The notes beneath the pieces were generated by a model. That model searched no databases. It was not told the DNA's origin and worked only from the letters and a program-made list of their open reading frames with translations. From Synechococcus sp. A15-24 (GTDB taxonomy: Bacteria > Cyanobacteriota > Cyanobacteriia > PCC-6307 > Cyanobiaceae), in NCBI RefSeq assembly GCF_014280195.1, contig NZ_CP047960.1:60001-92000 (forward strand): a DNA stretch of 32,000 nt, written 5' to 3'. Both the position numbers and the translations under genes were made by a program. Positions 27,725 through 32,000 of the stretch are shown here, one piece after another. Every line of letters begins with the position of its first letter. The stretch's first letter is position 1.

Positions 27725-28690
27725 ATGAAGCGGCTTATTTTTTTACATATCGGCAAGACTGGGGGCGCTACTCTTGACGAAATGCTTAATAAGAAAAAGA
27801 AGAGGTTTGAGTTATCAGGGCAGATAACCCATATTGACCCACAAGAGATATGTCAAAGACTTTTTGAGTCAGAGATTATTGTTATTCATGGATTTCCCTA
27901 TAACATTAAGTCTATGATTGGAGAAAAATTATGGAATAATTTGGTGGAAGCTTCATATCGTCTATGCATTTTTCGTAATCCACTTGATAGAATAGTCAGT
28001 GAATGGAAATTTGCATATCAGAAGCAAAGCCAATTTTCACTACCCTTTATCCCCTACATAAAAAGTATGAATATAGATCAATTAACCTCACCAGTTGATT
28101 CTGGGAATTTCTTTCCTGGTTATTTCGGTCAACCTGAAACTGACCAAATCTGCTTGGATGATTGGCTAACATTTTATAGTCAAACAAGTCCTAAACATTT
28201 TAGTGAAGCAAAACAATCGCTTTTTAATGATGAGAATAAATCATTTACTTCTATTTACTACTCTTCTGCAAGTTTAAAAAACTCTGAAATGTCACTAGGG
28301 TTTAATTTATCCCGCAATATTCAATACTCTATTCTCTCTCATCACTTTGGACTTGATTTCATTTCAGAACCACGACCAAATAAAGATATCTTGCTTACCA
28401 CAGAATTAATGACTCGTTCACTTTCTTCACTGTTGACTAGGGATTCCGATTTTCGCAACTTTTTTGAGCCGATAAGATCCGATGGAAATCCAACATATAG
28501 AAATTCTATTGATTTTATACGTAAACATTCAAAGAATGTCACCAAGGTCTCCGACGATTCTCAACAACTGTTTCATGTATCACCACAAAATAAAATAAAG
28601 TTTTTTCAGGAGAATCATATTGATTATACTATATGGCAATCAACAAATATCCATCAACTCAAGTCGCTCTCTGATTTAACATTATTTTAG
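27725..28690 (+). CDS. Sulfotransferase-like protein, paralogue 2
   Basis: MKRLIFLHIGKTGGATL is the 5'-PSB loop and CIFRNPLDRIVSEW the 3'-PB block. It shares LTTELM, FRNFF and DYTIW blocks with paralogue 1 (LPTELI, LRQFF, DYKIW). The two are of similar length (321 versus 325 aa). Confidence 0.65.
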   Translation: MKRLIFLHIGKTGGATLDEMLNKKKKRFELSGQITHIDPQEICQRLFESEIIVIHGFPYNIKSMIGEKLWNNLVEASYRLCIFRNPLDRIVSEWKFAYQKQSQFSLPFIPYIKSMNIDQLTSPVDSGNFFPGYFGQPETDQICLDDWLTFYSQTSPKHFSEAKQSLFNDENKSFTSIYYSSASLKNSEMSLGFNLSRNIQYSILSHHFGLDFISEPRPNKDILLTTELMTRSLSSLLTRDSDFRNFFEPIRSDGNPTYRNSIDFIRKHSKNVTKVSDDSQQLFHVSPQNKIKFFQENHIDYTIWQSTNIHQLKSLSDLTLF

Positions 28691-28699
28691 ATTCTTCAC

Positions 28700-29815
28700 A
28701 TGTCTTTAAAGCTTCTAAATGACAGAGTCTTGAGCTTTTCTGGCTCCCCTTTTTGTCTTCCAAGGAATACTATAGAACAATATATAAGTTCAACTACCGG
28801 AGAAACATTCTGGTCTCAAACAGAGTTGTTAAATCATTTTTATTCTAGAACTCATGAACCGATTGCTTCTATTCCCCATAGATCAAAAAAATTGTTTGTG
28901 ATTATTAGCGGTCTTCATCGATCAACAGATATCTCGTTGAAGTCTTTAATCACTTCATTGTCTCCTCATCTTTTTGAATCAGTTGATATTGTTATTTCTC
29001 TTTCTGACACTAAACAAAATGAATTGTTTGAAGAGTATTGTTGTGCGCTTGTTTCTAAATCGACAATGATACGTTCAATCAAGGTTATCTATAACAACTA
29101 TTCTACATCTGAAGTTCAGGCGGATCAAAGCTTATTGTTTAACTCTGAATCATTGAGACATTCCCCCAATAGAGTTTTTCGAATGTATAAGGGTTTTTTA
29201 AATTCGTACGAATATTTACCTAATGATTTTACGGAGCAAGATTTTTTTCTCCGTACTAGGTCCGATATCCTACATTTCCCGTCATTTCTATTATCGTTGA
29301 GTCGTATTTTGTCTTCTGATCAATCATGTTTTCTTTCTACACCTCACCCCGGCAATGGTTTGCATGAGATATCTGATATAGTATTTGCATCTTCAATAAA
29401 GTACCTTAAATTATTAGTCAATCATATACCAAATGAGGATCTTGAATTTTTTAAAAAGTATTATCCATTGCAATTTAATCCTGAATGGATATTGACTAAT
29501 CAAATTTGTCAACTTTCGAAGTCCATTCTATTCAATATATATCATTCGATTTTAGCGGGCAAGGATTATTGGATATTGCGGAGTAATCTAAAACAAACTC
29601 TTGACAGCAATCTTGGTCCTTGGCTACTTTCGGCACCTATTTTCCAAGAATTGATAGCTAAAAGTTTTAAAAATCAATCTCTTTTATCAGCACTTTTGAA
29701 TATCTCACTAAGGATTGAGAATGACTATCCATACAGCGAACTTTTGTTGGTACGCATATTGACAAGCTTATGGGAGCGTAAATCAGATTCCTTTAACTTC
29801 ATACCTTCTGAATAA
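28700..29815 (+). CDS. Hypothetical protein, no recognisable motif (371 aa)
   Basis: ATG lies 9 nt after the sulfotransferase stop. Codon usage is the same AT-rich type and the frame is long and uninterrupted. I cannot place it in a family by eye. Confidence 0.6.
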   Translation: MSLKLLNDRVLSFSGSPFCLPRNTIEQYISSTTGETFWSQTELLNHFYSRTHEPIASIPHRSKKLFVIISGLHRSTDISLKSLITSLSPHLFESVDIVISLSDTKQNELFEEYCCALVSKSTMIRSIKVIYNNYSTSEVQADQSLLFNSESLRHSPNRVFRMYKGFLNSYEYLPNDFTEQDFFLRTRSDILHFPSFLLSLSRILSSDQSCFLSTPHPGNGLHEISDIVFASSIKYLKLLVNHIPNEDLEFFKKYYPLQFNPEWILTNQICQLSKSILFNIYHSILAGKDYWILRSNLKQTLDSNLGPWLLSAPIFQELIAKSFKNQSLLSALLNISLRIENDYPYSELLLVRILTSLWERKSDSFNFIPSE

Positions 29816-29837
29816 ATTAGAACGGCTTATTATCTCT

Positions 29838-31493
29838 TTAAAAGTATTCGATAATTTGACTCTTGTTAGAAAGCAATGTTGCTACCGCATTGTTACTCCA
29901 CGACTCTCTCAAAAATCTATTTTTACTGTAGATAGATAATTCATAAAGGTTGACCACGTTTTTATCTAAGTTTTTTTGTTGTAACGCTGTGTTCATCCTG
30001 TTATCGATGAGAGTATCCAATATATTCTTTATTGCGTTGAGAGTTTCCTGTTGATTATTACAGCGAATTCCTAATTTACCCTCTTCAACTAGCTTATGCC
30101 ACGACTCTGATAAAAAAACTTTGCCATCCCTCCTTGTTGTCAGTTTTATGTATTCGATTACTTTCGGTATATTAATACTTACGCTGCTCCCAAGGTTCCC
30201 TATGAAGCTTGACATTATTGTATTTAAATATATTGATGGTTTTTCTGAAAAAGTAGATGCAATATGACTCGATCCTCCTGATCCACCTATGCAAAATTCT
30301 GCAACTCTAGATAGTGATGTTTGAATTTTATCGTAGATAAGGTCATTACTTCCAAACTTACTTATATCTTCATCAATGAAATTGTTTGCTGTATTCATGT
30401 ATCTTTTTCCAAATCTTACTAAATAACAATTTTTACTTTTCAAGTATTCAAGCATCAGACTCAGATTATCTTCATTTCCATTTCTTAGGCTATTAATATT
30501 ATTGTGCATATCTTCCTTATATCCACTGTCTCGATATGAGATTGCCACAATTATCATGTCTTTTTCGATTGCCTTTAGCGTATTTGGAATATACTCTTTA
30601 AGAATATTATTTGCTTCATTATCAAGCGAGTAGTTAATTGATTTATTCCCAAACTCGATCGGTTTGGAGAGATCTATCTTTTTTTTAAAGAGTAATGTTG
30701 AGTTTTTATTTCTCAGCTCTTTTTGATATTGCAAGTAATAAGAATGTATGTTAAAGGGTATATATTCTGCCAAATCTTTAGCGAATGTCCAATCGTCATC
30801 TTTGTCTAAAGTTTTATATTGTAGATTATAGGCATCATACATTTTTTGAAGCATATATGGGAACGGTTTGAACTTACTGAATCCATATAATACAGGTTTA
30901 GCATATTCTTTGCTCTTTGGCATTTCACTCCGCAAATGAAGAATCTCCAAAAACTGTGTCATATTTGCAGGATTTAATATCATGTCTGGAGCATATATTC
31001 CTTTTGAAATAGCCCTTGTGATTTTTTCTTCGTAGTCTAGTAAATGTCTGTATCTCTTTTCATGATGTTGTGGCCATGTAAAATCACTCTTTTTAATCCA
31101 TGTGGTGTGTAGGAAGTATTTTATCTGTAAACTGTCATTTTTGCGAAAGAATATCGATTCCGTTTTTTCCTTCACTTGATCCAATTCCCAGTGCAATAGG
31201 CAAGCTGACACCGATGGGTATTCTTCAGTTAATTTTTCAATTGCATCTTTTGATATTTGGGCTCGATTAAGTGAGTAGTGTTTTTCGAATCCATGAACTA
31301 GCATCTTTATTAATTTTACGATCCACTCATGTTGTCGTTTTAGTTTGTCATCTTTTTCACTGAATTGATGTTTTCCCCAATAATATATTGAATCTTCAAC
31401 CAAGTCTCTCTTTATATCATTACACAGTGTGCACACTAACTCAAAATGAAAATACTGTGTATTTCTTTTATGTGCAGACAACATGTAGCTCAT
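29838..31493 (-). CDS. Putative GT-B glycosyltransferase, TIGR04372-like (tentative)
   Basis: IVAISYRDSGYKED...SLRNGNEDNLSLMLEYLKSKNCYLVRFGK and CIGGSGGSSHIASTFSEKPSIYLN resemble, from memory, the TIGR04372 and GT9-like blocks (hvRDsgY, RN, G.wVvR.G, G..SG..h.a..f..P). The N-terminal 300 aa are unassigned. Confidence 0.45.
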   Translation of the reverse strand: MSYMLSAHKRNTQYFHFELVCTLCNDIKRDLVEDSIYYWGKHQFSEKDDKLKRQHEWIVKLIKMLVHGFEKHYSLNRAQISKDAIEKLTEEYPSVSACLLHWELDQVKEKTESIFFRKNDSLQIKYFLHTTWIKKSDFTWPQHHEKRYRHLLDYEEKITRAISKGIYAPDMILNPANMTQFLEILHLRSEMPKSKEYAKPVLYGFSKFKPFPYMLQKMYDAYNLQYKTLDKDDDWTFAKDLAEYIPFNIHSYYLQYQKELRNKNSTLLFKKKIDLSKPIEFGNKSINYSLDNEANNILKEYIPNTLKAIEKDMIIVAISYRDSGYKEDMHNNINSLRNGNEDNLSLMLEYLKSKNCYLVRFGKRYMNTANNFIDEDISKFGSNDLIYDKIQTSLSRVAEFCIGGSGGSSHIASTFSEKPSIYLNTIMSSFIGNLGSSVSINIPKVIEYIKLTTRRDGKVFLSESWHKLVEEGKLGIRCNNQQETLNAIKNILDTLIDNRMNTALQQKNLDKNVVNLYELSIYSKNRFLRESWSNNAVATLLSNKSQIIEYF

Positions 31494-31544
31494 GGCTTTC
31501 TTCTTCTATGATAGAATTATATTAACATAAATCTCATCTGCGTT

Positions 31545-32000
31545 ATGCTTGGTGACTGCAGCTCCTATCAAAATAAAGGTTTTTTGGTTGAATTGAATGC
31601 GCTCTCTAGCCATGAGTTAGATATTATACAACGATTTATTGTACTTAATATTCAATCATTATTTAAAGAGTGTGCTGTACCGTATGAATCTCCACTTGAA
31701 TGGCCAAGTCTTATCAATCCCTCTAACCGAAAGTATTGGTTCCACAACCACATTTCTTCTAAGAGTGTACGACGATTCACGGCTGAGCAGGTTTCCAAAA
31801 TTCTTAAATTTACCATTTTTTCTAGACTTCGTGAGCTTCTCGGTGAATTTGTTGTCTCAGATGAGGAGTTAATTGGTTATCCCGATGTCTATTGGAGATT
31901 TGTACGACCTTACGAAGAAGGTGATATTGGCCCACTTCACTGCGATTCGTGGTTTTGGGATTTAAATCCTTCATGGAATCATAACTCAGACTTTAAAAAG
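31545..32000 (+). CDS. PhyH-like Fe(II)/2-oxoglutarate dioxygenase, N-terminal part (runs off the window; absent from the ORF track)
   Basis: Hand translation of the frame with codon starts divisible by 3: a TAG at 31512 is followed by ATG at 31545, and the frame is open to 32000. It reads MLGDCSSYQNKGFLVELNALSSHELDIIQRF...YPDVYWRFVRPYEEGDIGPLHCDSWFWDLNP. The WR.VRP....D..PLH.D block is the HxD iron site typical of PhyH-type enzymes. Confidence 0.55.
   Translation, partial: MLGDCSSYQNKGFLVELNALSSHELDIIQRFIVLNIQSLFKECAVPYESPLEWPSLINPSNRKYWFHNHISSKSVRRFTAEQVSKILKFTIFSRLRELLGEFVVSDEELIGYPDVYWRFVRPYEEGDIGPLHCDSWFWDLNPSWNHNSDFKK

Larger units (their letters stand above)
18288..32000. other. AT-rich genomic island (right end not in window) encoding glycan synthesis and decoration enzymes
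   Basis: The composition switches abruptly at the uvrB stop and stays AT-rich to the window edge. All 12 ORFs are AT-rich. No integrase, transposase, tRNA or boundary repeat is visible. Confidence 0.8.

Noticed and set aside
31639-31872. 77-aa plus-strand ORF listed in the track.
   Set aside because: It is in a different frame from the longer open frame 31545-32000, which carries a PhyH-type HxD block. The 77-aa translation has no recognisable features.
1-32000. Scan for tRNA/rRNA genes, CRISPR repeat-spacer arrays, IS elements or inverted terminal repeats, integrases, and recognisable defence genes (restriction-modification, toxin-antitoxin, Cas, abortive-infection nucleases).
   Set aside because: I found no T-loop or acceptor-like tRNA signatures, no regularly spaced repeats, and no transposase, integrase or nuclease motifs in any ORF translation. 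Absence by eye is not proof, so tRNAscan, Infernal, CRISPR and defence-system profile scans should confirm it.

Overview
This window looks like a chromosome segment from a marine picocyanobacterium, probably Synechococcus-like. That is an inference from psbZ, a ycf23-like gene, the 4-ACT-type aspartokinase, the GC-rich codon usage and the very tight gene packing. It has two kinds of DNA.

(1) GC-rich housekeeping core. A hand count of bases 421-480 gives 39/60 G+C. The genes are dapA (partial), rnj, a frameshifted TPR/Pro-rich gene, lysC, holA, cobH, tilS, ycf23-like, psbZ, ribH, mutS, a GNAT gene, a GT-B-like gene and uvrB. Several neighbouring genes abut or overlap.

(2) Three compositionally foreign inserts.
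(a) An intermediate-GC islet at 9.3-10.6 kb encodes three small orphan proteins.
(b) A roughly 1.25 kb AT-rich cassette (13431-14685) carries an FkbM-type methyltransferase. It is bracketed by two diverged direct copies of the mutS start codon region plus upstream spacer.
(c) An AT-rich island of at least 13.7 kb starts within a few bases of the uvrB stop (18288) and runs off the window. Hand counts there are 14/60 G+C at 18421-18480 and 24/60 at 26401-26460.

The large island encodes a GT10 fucosyltransferase-like enzyme, a GT25-like enzyme, two diverged sulfotransferase paralogues, an NTase-like/APH-fold kinase fusion and an NTase/HAD-phosphatase fusion. It also encodes a GNAT, an SGNH hydrolase/acyltransferase-like protein, a NodU/CmcH carbamoyltransferase, an orphan 371-aa protein and a TIGR04372-like glycosyltransferase. 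A PhyH-like dioxygenase ORF at its end is missing from the supplied ORF track.

I found no rRNA, tRNA, CRISPR array, transposase or integrase.

The best candidate for an undescribed system is the island's sugar-activation and decoration module: kinase, nucleotidyltransferase and phosphatase together with carbamoyl, sulfo and acyl transferases and fucosyl/GT25 transferases. The duplicated mutS 5' end and an RNase E-like Arg-rich tail on RNase J are also worth checking. All functional calls rest on motifs read by eye. No database search was possible.
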